Below, piece by piece: positions 30,087 to 40,146 of a stretch of 64,000 nt of DNA. The stretch is from a virus, in the IMG/VR virus record IMGVR_UViG_3300020192_000010, positions 1-64,000 of that record. One strand, given 5' to 3'. Every line of letters starts with the position of its first letter. The first letter of the stretch is position 1. The translations under genes and the position numbers were made by a program. Below the pieces are notes generated by a model, which worked only from the letters and a program-made list of their open reading frames with translations, was not told the DNA's origin and ran no database searches.

Positions 30087-32261
30087 TTACTCACCGTCTC
30101 CGCTGACGTCACCGTCATTGCGGCGTGGCTTACCATCCGAATCGATTCCACCACCAGCAGCAGCAGAAGATCCAACTGGGGTCTTGACGAATTCAAATGT
30201 AAGAGTTTGAATTCCGGTGGTTGGCGTAACGGTCAAGTCTGCCGGAATACTTAGCGTGCTGAAAAATGTATTGTTGTACATCAAACTGATTTCGCCAGAA
30301 CCTTCTTCTTCACTATTAATCTCGGCCGTGAAATTGGCCGCGCCATCATATGTGAATTTCGAAATAGCTCCAAAGGTAAGCTCTGCAACAAGCTTATCTG
30401 CAATCTCTTGTGCGGAAGCCGCTGGTAACGTAGGACAAAGGTTGTGGCCATTCTTATCATTCAACGTTGCCGTTACTACTATTGGTAGCGTTGTAAACTG
30501 AACAGTTGGCGTAAGCGAGAATGTACTTTTATCTGCTACGAATCCCAAATCAACAAGGTCGTCAATGATAGCTGAAAGCTGATCTCCAAAAGCATTCAAA
30601 CAGGTGGTCGTTTCAGCCTGAAAAGTAGCTGCGGATTCAGCCGTTACGCTCGCTCCAAACTTAGCAAGAGACACGGCAAGACACTCTTGTGTTGCTGCCG
30701 GATCTGGGATTGGCAGCGCGGCCAAAGCAGCGGCACCTTCGCGTAATCCTGCGCCTGCATTAGTGTTAACAAACGTACGATCGAACGCTACCTCAGGAAC
30801 ACAACCAAGCGTAATGATGTCCTCCCCAACAAGAACACTATGATTGATTTTGAATGTGTACTCTACATTGCTAAAGAAAATTGGATTTTCAATCAGGGTG
30901 TTTGAAATTTGTCCGGCTAGATGTACGAACGTCGTTAGCGTTCCTTGAGCGGCTCCTACCATTACAGCGGTCGAACCATCATCTTCGTATACAAGGCCTC
31001 CTAGCAAATCTAATGAACCGTTATCTACTACTTTAGTAACAAGAAGGTCTGCTTGCGATACAGGTGTTGTAAGAGGTTGATTTTGCCAATCAAGAGGGCT
31101 TATGATAGGCGTCTTCTTTACAATACAATCTTTGATTCTTATGTATCTAGAACCAAGTGGATCGGTCAAACCGAATGCAGCTGGATAGTAGAATACACGA
31201 AGGTCTACCGTATACGGAACCTTACGCACGTTAGATGTACCTTCGTATGTCTTTCCAACAGGGAAGAAGGTGAATCCCAATTCAGGATCAACATCGACAG
31301 CTGATGTGATGTTGTAGAACGCAAATGTGTTAGCTAGCTCGACATCATAGAACTGCCAGCTCTCCTGTCTTATGGCCCCGAGAGATGCGAAGATAGGGCC
31401 GAACGCAGCTGGAAGACCAGTAATGCCTGAGGCGTCTTGCCCGATCTCACGAAGATACTGTAGCGTTCCAGTCGATCTTGTGAAATCGGCTTGTTTGATG
31501 AATGCAGGACATACTTCTTCAGTACAGCAACCGTCGTCATCACCGTCAGCGTCATCACAAGGAGGTATGCGGAAAGACAAGCTTAGGATGTCTTTAATGA
31601 TTTGAATTATAAGCGCAACGATTTGAAGCACAGCAAATAGATTTTTCAAATAACATAGAAGTGCGCCAACCTTTCGAGCTGCTGTAAGAATGCCATTAGC
31701 ATCTTTACGTTTAGCTATACGGGCCAGCAATTTGATGTTCTTTAGAATCTGGTTAATGATTCTTATAATCTCTGCTATGATGTATTGGATAAGAGCAAGT
31801 ATTAACAATATCAATGATATGATCATTAATATGAACGCAAAATAAGGGAACAGTGCAAGGAAATCAGGTATGCACGTTCTAAACAATTTACGAAGAGCTT
31901 TGATAAGTTTAAATGGATTCTTTAATGCGCAGAGTACCTCTATGATACAAATGATCATATTAAGGATGGGCAAAATCATCTTATAGATAGCCAAGAACGG
32001 CGTGAGATAATCTAGAAGCTTAAGAATAGCGTCAAGTATCTTCTCATCTATATTTGGATTTAGATTAGGCTTTACCGGGCCGCCTGGAAGCAACAGCTTT
32101 AAGCTTTCAATAAGTTCTGCAATATCCGCTGGAATACCATCCAGAACAACGGGCATTCCGGGTATTTCTAATCCACTATCTATTGGCGAACCAAATCCAG
32201 GAATGGATGGCTCATCAAAATTCCCAGGCGGGATACTATAATCGGTAGGCTTACAAGGCAT
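30087..32261 (-). CDS. Hypothetical tail-associated protein with long hydrophobic helices
   Basis: 724 aa; I/L-rich segments at about aa 75-230, a Cys/Asp cluster, and an Ig-like C-terminus. Confidence 0.65.
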   Translation of the reverse strand: MPCKPTDYSIPPGNFDEPSIPGFGSPIDSGLEIPGMPVVLDGIPADIAELIESLKLLLPGGPVKPNLNPNIDEKILDAILKLLDYLTPFLAIYKMILPILNMIICIIEVLCALKNPFKLIKALRKLFRTCIPDFLALFPYFAFILMIISLILLILALIQYIIAEIIRIINQILKNIKLLARIAKRKDANGILTAARKVGALLCYLKNLFAVLQIVALIIQIIKDILSLSFRIPPCDDADGDDDGCCTEEVCPAFIKQADFTRSTGTLQYLREIGQDASGITGLPAAFGPIFASLGAIRQESWQFYDVELANTFAFYNITSAVDVDPELGFTFFPVGKTYEGTSNVRKVPYTVDLRVFYYPAAFGLTDPLGSRYIRIKDCIVKKTPIISPLDWQNQPLTTPVSQADLLVTKVVDNGSLDLLGGLVYEDDGSTAVMVGAAQGTLTTFVHLAGQISNTLIENPIFFSNVEYTFKINHSVLVGEDIITLGCVPEVAFDRTFVNTNAGAGLREGAAALAALPIPDPAATQECLAVSLAKFGASVTAESAATFQAETTTCLNAFGDQLSAIIDDLVDLGFVADKSTFSLTPTVQFTTLPIVVTATLNDKNGHNLCPTLPAASAQEIADKLVAELTFGAISKFTYDGAANFTAEINSEEEGSGEISLMYNNTFFSTLSIPADLTVTPTTGIQTLTFEFVKTPVGSSAAAGGGIDSDGKPRRNDGDVSGDGE

Positions 32262-32275
32262 TCGTTAGCAATATA

Positions 32276-34324
32276 TCACAGGATTGAGCCGCTACTACGA
32301 GCAACGACACGAGCGGCGCCTTCATCGTTAGAATATAGGATGATTTCCTCAGAATCGATGCAAACTTGGTTGCCTTTTAGAAGAAGGTTCTTGCCAGCTA
32401 CGAGTGACATGTTTCCAGGCGTAAGAACAGTTACGCCGAATTCATCAACTCGTACAACGTGAAATTCTCCTGCCGCGTTATAAACGCGTATATCGATTGC
32501 TCCGGCACGGTGAGCGAAGTTTTTACCGTTTTTGGTAAACCTGTTATCGCTAATGTCGCTCGTAAGAGGTCCTAGAGGACTCATACCAGTATCGATTCCA
32601 CCGACCTCGATAAGAATATCTCCAGTACAGCTTAATCCTACGCTTACATTGTTGTTATCGCGCCCGATCATTCCTAGAATGCTGCCCTGGGTATCGAGCC
32701 ATAGCGATTGCTTATCTACCGTATTGGCTCCGATGTTCCATTCTAACATTCCGTCAAAATTAAAACTGCCACTTCGACCACCTGCATTGGCGTCTCTGCC
32801 TGACACTTTTATCTCTTTCGTTACATAGTTATCAGGCGATTTTATCGTTGATATTAACGTGGCAGGAGGATCGTATTCGTATAAGACCTTGCTGCGATGA
32901 GCTGACAGTACCTCTGTAATGTCATGATACATGGTGCCATGCTTGATTGGTTTTTTAGATAGGCGATCCATTGGTGCAGCAAATCCGGCATCGTTATCTG
33001 GATCTGATATCGTTATTGATCCGCCATTAAATGCTACGCTATCAAGATAAATGTCACGACGCTGATCTCTGTTCTCGGTGCTTTGCTTATCTAGCGAAAA
33101 ATTAGCAGGATCTCCGTCATCAGCAGCGGCATCCAATGTCGATGCATTTTCTGTACGAGTAAGCAAAGCAATATTGCCCTTCTCAGAAGAGGCCGGAACG
33201 TTAAGCTTGAATTGTCCTTCTTTATCGATATCGAAAAAGAATCGGCTACGCATACGTGCCCAAGATTCATTTGAATCGGGATCAGGTAGTGGCGATACCG
33301 TTGGTTTCTTAGGTTGCAAGCCACTTAGATCTGGCGCATGACCTTTACGAGAGTTTACCTCAAAATGAAAGGCGATGCTCTTACGCTCAATCTCACGAAG
33401 ACGAATGAATGCATCCTCTTTGCTTTCATTTTTGATAAACGAAAGCTGTTTCTCTTTACCAGCAGGCAATACGTTTCTATTAAGATCTAATATGTTTCCG
33501 TAGATATCGATAACGGTTCCCTTAACCGTCTCCATCAAATAGTTAGGTGCTACCTGACTAAGGCTAAGTGTATCTGTTCTAGCCTCACGACGCTCATATG
33601 TACGGGCTTCATTGGGGACTCCGCCTTTGCTAACAAGCTGCGCTTCCTTGGCATCATTCGTATATCGCGAACCGTGAGCAAACTCGTAGACAATTTCTCT
33701 CTTCTCCACGAACTGAGGGTTTCTGGTTGTCTTTCCATTGGTCGTTCTGCTAGCCAGCGAAGATGGGTCTAAACATATCTCTTTAAGACTGTCGTTGAAG
33801 TTATGAAGCTCACGACGTGTAAAATTATCAGCAGGACCAGGAAACAAATCCCTAAGAACAATGCCTTCTACCGTTACGGCTCCATCAGAAACGGTAAGCT
33901 GTGAGCCGAAATTGTTGGAGATAAGGTTTCTGCTTGAGTCTATTCGTAATTGATTTAGTCTGTCGCCGATACTGATCCATTTATCTGGATTCAGTTCGAT
34001 GATGTTATCTTCATCGCTTTGAATGATCAGTGAATTGCCATCAATAGCTGGCATGTTACTCGTAATGGTAATGAGTGCCATTACGAAATATTGCCCAGAT
34101 TCGCCCTGTGTAATAACTACAGGCGTTCCTCGTTGTGGTTTTCCGCCAATGAAATGACCGCCAGCTCCGAAATAGCCTGGGTAATAAAGCGCCTCTACTT
34201 GTGTTCCTGTTGTATCTAACGATACACGTACTACGTTAGCAGATACGATATCTTGTATAGTTCCACGCGTAGCAAACCCAGCGGGTTTGTTAATGATTCT
34301 AGGAACTACGTGTGGGCCATTCAT
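32276..34324 (-). CDS. Central spike protein (gp5/gpV-like)
   Basis: N-terminal OB-fold-like segment (GTIQD...PQRGTPVVI), beta-rich C-terminus; follows the hub gene. Confidence 0.55.
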   Translation of the reverse strand: MNGPHVVPRIINKPAGFATRGTIQDIVSANVVRVSLDTTGTQVEALYYPGYFGAGGHFIGGKPQRGTPVVITQGESGQYFVMALITITSNMPAIDGNSLIIQSDEDNIIELNPDKWISIGDRLNQLRIDSSRNLISNNFGSQLTVSDGAVTVEGIVLRDLFPGPADNFTRRELHNFNDSLKEICLDPSSLASRTTNGKTTRNPQFVEKREIVYEFAHGSRYTNDAKEAQLVSKGGVPNEARTYERREARTDTLSLSQVAPNYLMETVKGTVIDIYGNILDLNRNVLPAGKEKQLSFIKNESKEDAFIRLREIERKSIAFHFEVNSRKGHAPDLSGLQPKKPTVSPLPDPDSNESWARMRSRFFFDIDKEGQFKLNVPASSEKGNIALLTRTENASTLDAAADDGDPANFSLDKQSTENRDQRRDIYLDSVAFNGGSITISDPDNDAGFAAPMDRLSKKPIKHGTMYHDITEVLSAHRSKVLYEYDPPATLISTIKSPDNYVTKEIKVSGRDANAGGRSGSFNFDGMLEWNIGANTVDKQSLWLDTQGSILGMIGRDNNNVSVGLSCTGDILIEVGGIDTGMSPLGPLTSDISDNRFTKNGKNFAHRAGAIDIRVYNAAGEFHVVRVDEFGVTVLTPGNMSLVAGKNLLLKGNQVCIDSEEIILYSNDEGAARVVARSSGSIL

Positions 34325-37300
34325 TTATTGCTCTCGAACGTTAGCCATATATCAATGACGCCATCTACAAGTCTTTCCTGAAGCGCCTTACCTTCAGCGG
34401 CCGAGCCTTTTTCAGCAGCCAAACTGCGCGCAAAACTCCATGCCTTTCCAGATGGGCTTTGAGATACGTCATCATCCGATAAATCCACAGTCACCAACTT
34501 AACAGACGTCTTAGGAAACACAGGGGGAGTATTATCTCCAAACAATTGAACTATAGCGGTCTTACTTGCTCCTCCAGTTATCAAACTGCTTATAAAGCTT
34601 GCGTATTGCTTAATGTTCGTATTGACACCCTTAACACTACTGGCCCCTTTGGAATAATGATAAAATCTTATCTCGATGAGAGGTTGCTCGGCCGATTCAT
34701 TCGAGGAATTCAATATTCCAACAAGTGCGTATTGCAAGTTTACCAATGTGTTAATGTTAACGTTGCCGTATGCATCCTTCTTAATTGCATCGATCGGCTC
34801 GTCCTTAACAAAGGACGTTTGGCTGAAAGCAAGGGCGCCGATTGGCTTCTCATTGTAAGCATTCTCTTCACGAATAACTACATTGTTTGAAACATCTCGA
34901 TTCTTATACAGAATCTTACCAACAATGTCAAAAGCTGTCGGAATATATTCGCCAGGATTGTGTCCGTGGGTCAGTTTAAGCGTAGTGGTGAATGCTGTTC
35001 CGAACGTAAGAGAGTGGCTTACGCTTTCAACGTACCAAAGCATGTTGGTTGGTTCTAGGTAAATAACTTCACCGGCTTGCATATATTCATTGCCTACTAT
35101 CGATGCGCTACCGGTAATGATTTGACCCCTAGCCCGATTAAGCAACGTAACTGCATACGGCGCCAGCTGAGTCTCAGGATCAGACAGGGACGGTATCTTG
35201 ATGGTGTTACCACCTCGATAGCCGTACATGCGCCACATATCATAGTCGACCGCATATGCAGTCGTTTGTGCGTTGCCACCGTTACCCAACTCTTGGCCCT
35301 CTGGCCCTTCTCCCATCTTGAAGAAACCGTCTGTGCCGTTGAATAGGCCGTTAACTTGTATTGAATTGAACTCTGGTGGCGTTTCGCTGTAATTGAAAGA
35401 TAGTAGCTGACCATCTCGTACAACATACCGCCCACCAGAACCGGGGCCATAATCGTCGTACGACTCGTCCTCAATCATGTGCTCCAGTATTTCTGGGACA
35501 CCCTCTTGTCCATACAGATTTGGAAAGGCCAGCTTGCTTATTGTAGAAGAGTTGATTTTATCTGCGTCGACCGTAGTGCGCAGAGCATCTCGTACGGCCG
35601 TAAGCGCGCTCGATGCAGTCTTTACCATACGTTGACGGTCTGAGATCAATGTTGCTATCTGCTTTGTAATCCTGAATACGTCTAAAGCACTGGCTCCGCC
35701 ACCAGCACTGGTAGGCAATGGTTTACCAAACAACTTGGATAACGAGGCTGGCCTTATGCTTGTTTGCCTTCTAAGGTTGTTAGAAATCGTTTCAACACGT
35801 GACGTAAGCGCTGAGTTTGAAGAGTCAAATATAGGTATTGGATTCTTAACCGAGTCTGCCGAAAAACGATTAACCAATATTGTAGAACGAGCTGCGGAAG
35901 AAAATGCAAAACGCACTTCTCTAGCTTGCTGGTTTACATCAACAGTAAATGTTTCTACTATGGCGATATTAGAGGCATCAGGTGCGGCAATAGCTGCAGC
36001 GATATTTAGATCTGCGATATCACCGGTAATTGGATCAGATAGAAATTGGAATTTTCTCGCCGTATCATCATCGATGATGAGGTCAGTCAAAATTTTATCG
36101 TCGCTATCGATCGATAGCGCGGCGGCCTGAAGACGAATCTGATTTTCAATGATCGCTATGTTCTTAAACATACCTTGCAGCTGGTTGCTATAAAGGTCTT
36201 GTAAGAATTGAGGAAAAATTTGAATTCCACGCTCTTCTTTGTTCTTCATTAGCTGTAAGAATACGCTGTTTGGAACTCTGTTAAATTGAGGCGGGCGAGC
36301 TTGAATATGTCCCTGAGAGTCAGCGAAGACTTCTAGGTCTAGTTTCTCAGCCAGCGAAGTGATTTGACTTGCAACGTTATCGTATTCGTTCAAAAAAGTA
36401 TTAAAACGACCGCCAATAGCTTTGCTAAACGCTTGAAGATCAAGATCCTTATCGTAAGTATCATCCACTATAAAAAGATTTCGATCTTCATTCGCTTTAA
36501 CTCTGTAGAACATGCGGCGAGTTAGGAAGTTTATCTTCCTGCGCATTTCTTTACGAATGGATGGGTTGTGTAAAGCTTTTTTCCCATCAACTGATTTATT
36601 GAACTCATCTACATCGAACGATATGTCATCGCCAAAAATCTGATAGAATTTGGCGCCACTACCGATGGCATTACCTATTGCCAACTGGGCTTCAGCTATC
36701 TTTCCATTAAGCTCTGTCAATCTTTGAACTTGAATCTGAGAGCTGTTCCGACGAAGCGCGCTGTCGACATCGAACCCGGCGCTAGACCTGGCTACCTTAT
36801 CAAATGTCTCGGCTCGTTGTTGCAACAAATCGTCTAGTTTAGAGTTGTTAGCTACAACGCTAAGTGTTCCTTGCATCATTTGTGCGAATGATTCCTCTGA
36901 CAAAATCAGCTTCTTGAATGGCTGGAAATCTCCCCACAACTTAGCATTCTTTTGAAGGTCTTTTTGTAGGTTTCGAAAATAAGAAGGATCGTTGAAATAG
37001 TCTTGTTTGAAATCCTGTAAGATTGTCTTATAGAACGTAGCAAAGTTATAAGGATCGCCAGTAATAAGCAACGAAATAACGTTCATCAAATCTTGTCCGG
37101 CAAAAGCTTCCTCAGTCGTTGCTCGTACAATGTTCTGTGCCGGTATTGAAGTGTTGAATGAATTACCGTACGTGTTACGCGACAACGTAAGAGTGCCGAT
37201 GCCTTCTTTCCACCGATAGACCGTTCCGTCTGGTGGGTAGAAAATGTTTTGAACTACATTTGGCTGGCTACCAGCAGGTAGCTGAAAACCAACATCGGAA

Positions 37301-39159
37301 TCTTGGTTGCCAAAATTTTTATCAGAAGCCGATACTCCGGAAAGTGGCCCGGCTACATAGCGTGGTAGCGCTTGAGAGAAAAACTGCTTGTTCTCATCAA
37401 GTAATTGCGGCGCGTCCTTCTGAGCACCAGTCACGCTGTCGATGTTGATATCAAATGGGGTAACTGGATCTAGTAACGGCCCATGTGAGTTATCAATAGA
37501 TGGAACGAAATTTACCTGGCCCATACTAAAATACTTTGTATTGTCATCAGCAGATACAGATATGCTGTAACCTCTTCCGGCTGCCCACGAGCATTCTGCC
37601 TGACTGATTAGTCCGGCGAAAACGTGAGTACCTGCCTTCTCAGTAACAAACTGATTTCGCATTATAGACCACAGGTAATTAGGAAAATCTTTTCCTACAA
37701 AAATTGATTTCTCAATGTCTGCCGATGCATTGGCCGGACTGAATAAAGTCTTGAATTGCGTTCCGAGATCGTTAACTTGTTTGCTGATATTTTGTAGCGC
37801 TCCGAAACCGGTAAATGAGCTTTGAAGTCCGCCCATGATCTTGGTGTCGTTTTTAGATTTAGAATCCATGTACACATGCACGACGTCCATCGCTTGAATG
37901 ATTGGCCTGTTACAGTAGTGTAACATCATCTTACGACGACAACGGTTTGTTGCTTTAGCGCTCTTCTTTGCTGCCGTGCGAGTATTTGTATCTAGAGAAA
38001 TAAGACTAGTGATGGAATCTAGAATAGTTGAGATAAGGCTTTTCTCATCATCGGTAATGCCATGAATTCCAAGTTCTTCACTTCCAAAATTAGATGATGG
38101 GTCGAATTCTGTTTTCAGATGCCCACTAAGCAAATCGCCTACGTCGCTCAACGATTCAAAATCAAGATTGGACGAGGCGTCGAAATTGATTTCGTAACCT
38201 AGACCGTCTACGACAACCCTTGTTTGTTTTCCAAGGAAGGTATCGGGATTAACGATGAAATTGATCGCATTAGCTCCACGGCGCGCTCGCTTGAGATTAA
38301 GAACACGTTTGTTCTTTTCAATCAATCCTTGAGAGCTTTCTCTGGCAAGCTTTACGAAACTACTTCTATTGAACGGATTTACTGCGTCAGAGATGGCCTG
38401 CTCAATGTCTTTCTCCGTGATTCTCATAAGTCCATATGGATCTTCTAAAGAGAACGTACAGCCGCCGCGGCCCCACTTGATCGAGCTGGTAACGTTGATC
38501 GTCGATACTGTTGTCAGCTCAACTACTCCGGTACCGGTACCAAAAGTCGACTTGAAAAGTCTATTTGGATCTTCCGTCCATGTAGTAAAGAAGCCCGGGC
38601 TACTATATTGAATAAGCTTACGTATCTGTTCCATAGCCTTAGAAAACTTTGTATTAGCTACAAGTTCCTTTAGGATAGGAATTTCCGACGCTGCTTCAAA
38701 CGTATTGAGCATAATTGGAAGCAATCCGTAATCAATGTTTTGCTGAAGCTTAGCAATTGTCTCAAGCTTAGTAAGACGTTCATACATTGCTATTTGATTA
38801 CATTTGTTTTTGAACAAAACAGATGCTGCTCGTAAGAACAGTTTATCTTCCTTGTCCTGGAACTGTGGTTGATTGTGAATCTTTAAAGATGAGAATTCCT
38901 TCTTTTTAATCACAATCGTTACATCGGGTGTTTGGCTCATGACCTGAAACACCTTAGGACTCATAGAATGCTTGGTAAAACCTTCTTCGAAATACCTTCT
39001 CTCTGCACTCTTATCAAATCTATTAGCAAAAGTACCTAACGCTCCGTAACGAACGTTATTACCATCGCCATCGTCACCGTCTAATGTTTTGCCTTTGTTT
39101 CCTGACAAATTAAACTGTTGATCGACGACCTGACCTAGACTGTACAAAAATTCAGACAT
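34321..39159 (-). CDS. Baseplate hub protein (gp27/gpD-like, enlarged)
   Basis: EVFADSQGHIQARPP and GSASIVGNEYMQAGEVI...WYVESVSHS...FTTTLKL. Confidence 0.7.
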   Translation of the reverse strand: MSEFLYSLGQVVDQQFNLSGNKGKTLDGDDGDGNNVRYGALGTFANRFDKSAERRYFEEGFTKHSMSPKVFQVMSQTPDVTIVIKKKEFSSLKIHNQPQFQDKEDKLFLRAASVLFKNKCNQIAMYERLTKLETIAKLQQNIDYGLLPIMLNTFEAASEIPILKELVANTKFSKAMEQIRKLIQYSSPGFFTTWTEDPNRLFKSTFGTGTGVVELTTVSTINVTSSIKWGRGGCTFSLEDPYGLMRITEKDIEQAISDAVNPFNRSSFVKLARESSQGLIEKNKRVLNLKRARRGANAINFIVNPDTFLGKQTRVVVDGLGYEINFDASSNLDFESLSDVGDLLSGHLKTEFDPSSNFGSEELGIHGITDDEKSLISTILDSITSLISLDTNTRTAAKKSAKATNRCRRKMMLHYCNRPIIQAMDVVHVYMDSKSKNDTKIMGGLQSSFTGFGALQNISKQVNDLGTQFKTLFSPANASADIEKSIFVGKDFPNYLWSIMRNQFVTEKAGTHVFAGLISQAECSWAAGRGYSISVSADDNTKYFSMGQVNFVPSIDNSHGPLLDPVTPFDINIDSVTGAQKDAPQLLDENKQFFSQALPRYVAGPLSGVSASDKNFGNQDSDVGFQLPAGSQPNVVQNIFYPPDGTVYRWKEGIGTLTLSRNTYGNSFNTSIPAQNIVRATTEEAFAGQDLMNVISLLITGDPYNFATFYKTILQDFKQDYFNDPSYFRNLQKDLQKNAKLWGDFQPFKKLILSEESFAQMMQGTLSVVANNSKLDDLLQQRAETFDKVARSSAGFDVDSALRRNSSQIQVQRLTELNGKIAEAQLAIGNAIGSGAKFYQIFGDDISFDVDEFNKSVDGKKALHNPSIRKEMRRKINFLTRRMFYRVKANEDRNLFIVDDTYDKDLDLQAFSKAIGGRFNTFLNEYDNVASQITSLAEKLDLEVFADSQGHIQARPPQFNRVPNSVFLQLMKNKEERGIQIFPQFLQDLYSNQLQGMFKNIAIIENQIRLQAAALSIDSDDKILTDLIIDDDTARKFQFLSDPITGDIADLNIAAAIAAPDASNIAIVETFTVDVNQQAREVRFAFSSAARSTILVNRFSADSVKNPIPIFDSSNSALTSRVETISNNLRRQTSIRPASLSKLFGKPLPTSAGGGASALDVFRITKQIATLISDRQRMVKTASSALTAVRDALRTTVDADKINSSTISKLAFPNLYGQEGVPEILEHMIEDESYDDYGPGSGGRYVVRDGQLLSFNYSETPPEFNSIQVNGLFNGTDGFFKMGEGPEGQELGNGGNAQTTAYAVDYDMWRMYGYRGGNTIKIPSLSDPETQLAPYAVTLLNRARGQIITGSASIVGNEYMQAGEVIYLEPTNMLWYVESVSHSLTFGTAFTTTLKLTHGHNPGEYIPTAFDIVGKILYKNRDVSNNVVIREENAYNEKPIGALAFSQTSFVKDEPIDAIKKDAYGNVNINTLVNLQYALVGILNSSNESAEQPLIEIRFYHYSKGASSVKGVNTNIKQYASFISSLITGGASKTAIVQLFGDNTPPVFPKTSVKLVTVDLSDDDVSQSPSGKAWSFARSLAAEKGSAAEGKALQERLVDGVIDIWLTFESNK

Positions 39160-39180
39160 CGTACCTTACGATATAACGAC

Positions 39181-40122
39181 TCATCTTCGAGAAATACTTT
39201 GTGTAGGGCTTCTTACTACCGCAGGCTTAGCAAGCGTAACGTTTTTATGTTGTAGCTTTTGAACCTCGCCGCGTCGGAATGTAAGAGGTATTCCTCCATC
39301 AATGCTATTGTTGCTTGGGCCATTAATTGCGCTGCGATGCCATGGCATAAAGTTTGTACGGGTTCCGCGACGTTGAGTTACCATAAACACCATGTTATAA
39401 TCGAAACTGCCTATATTATTTGCCGTTTCATTAAACGAAAAGGTCTTAAAGAATCCTCTAAATACCCATCCATCATGGTACAGTTCAACTCCCAACGCCA
39501 TCGAGCCTAGTGAAACTATATTTGTTGGAAGCATGTTTGCTGTAGGAGATGCTGCACCAACTAAAGTGCCCAACGCTCCGCCCAGGAGGTCCCCAGCATC
39601 GCCGATACCGGCAATCGAGGTAGCTACCGAGTCTAGCAAGTCAGAAAGCCCGCTTACTTGATTATTTGCAGCAAGCGAAAGTCCAAGAGCGTCGAAAGCC
39701 AGCTGTTCAGACCTATATACTTCTCGTAAAACGTTAATACCTTCAACGCCAGAGCTTCCTGTGGTTCCGCTGATGGTCATTTGCATCAAGGCCTCGCCCC
39801 AGTACTGTATAACGTATCCACCCTTGGTTAGTTGTTCATGAATAAGCTTACTCTCGCTGTATTGTACGCTTTGGGGATTAACGTACATCTTTACCACGCC
39901 AAATTCAGGCAAAAACCAATGCATCAGTTGACGTTTTTGTTTTGCTCCACGAATATTAGATTGAGTTTTTTGAGAAGGTAATCCTGTACCATCTGCCGAG
40001 GACGATTCAGATACAATGAATCCATCGTCTTCAAATTGACGCTTAAAACGCTGATCAGACAATCCAGAAATACTAGATGCCGCATCTCCAATATCATCTA
40101 TGAAGTCGCTAAATCCGCTCAT
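39181..40122 (-). CDS. Tail tube initiator/baseplate organiser-like protein
   Basis: MYVNPQS...TKGG...QYWGE...ISGTTG...FRGFF tube-like fold; immediately downstream of the tape measure gene. Confidence 0.6.
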   Translation of the reverse strand: MSGFSDFIDDIGDAASSISGLSDQRFKRQFEDDGFIVSESSSADGTGLPSQKTQSNIRGAKQKRQLMHWFLPEFGVVKMYVNPQSVQYSESKLIHEQLTKGGYVIQYWGEALMQMTISGTTGSSGVEGINVLREVYRSEQLAFDALGLSLAANNQVSGLSDLLDSVATSIAGIGDAGDLLGGALGTLVGAASPTANMLPTNIVSLGSMALGVELYHDGWVFRGFFKTFSFNETANNIGSFDYNMVFMVTQRRGTRTNFMPWHRSAINGPSNNSIDGGIPLTFRRGEVQKLQHKNVTLAKPAVVRSPTQSISRR

Positions 40123-40146
40123 AAATTATATGCCTTTTTATGGTGC

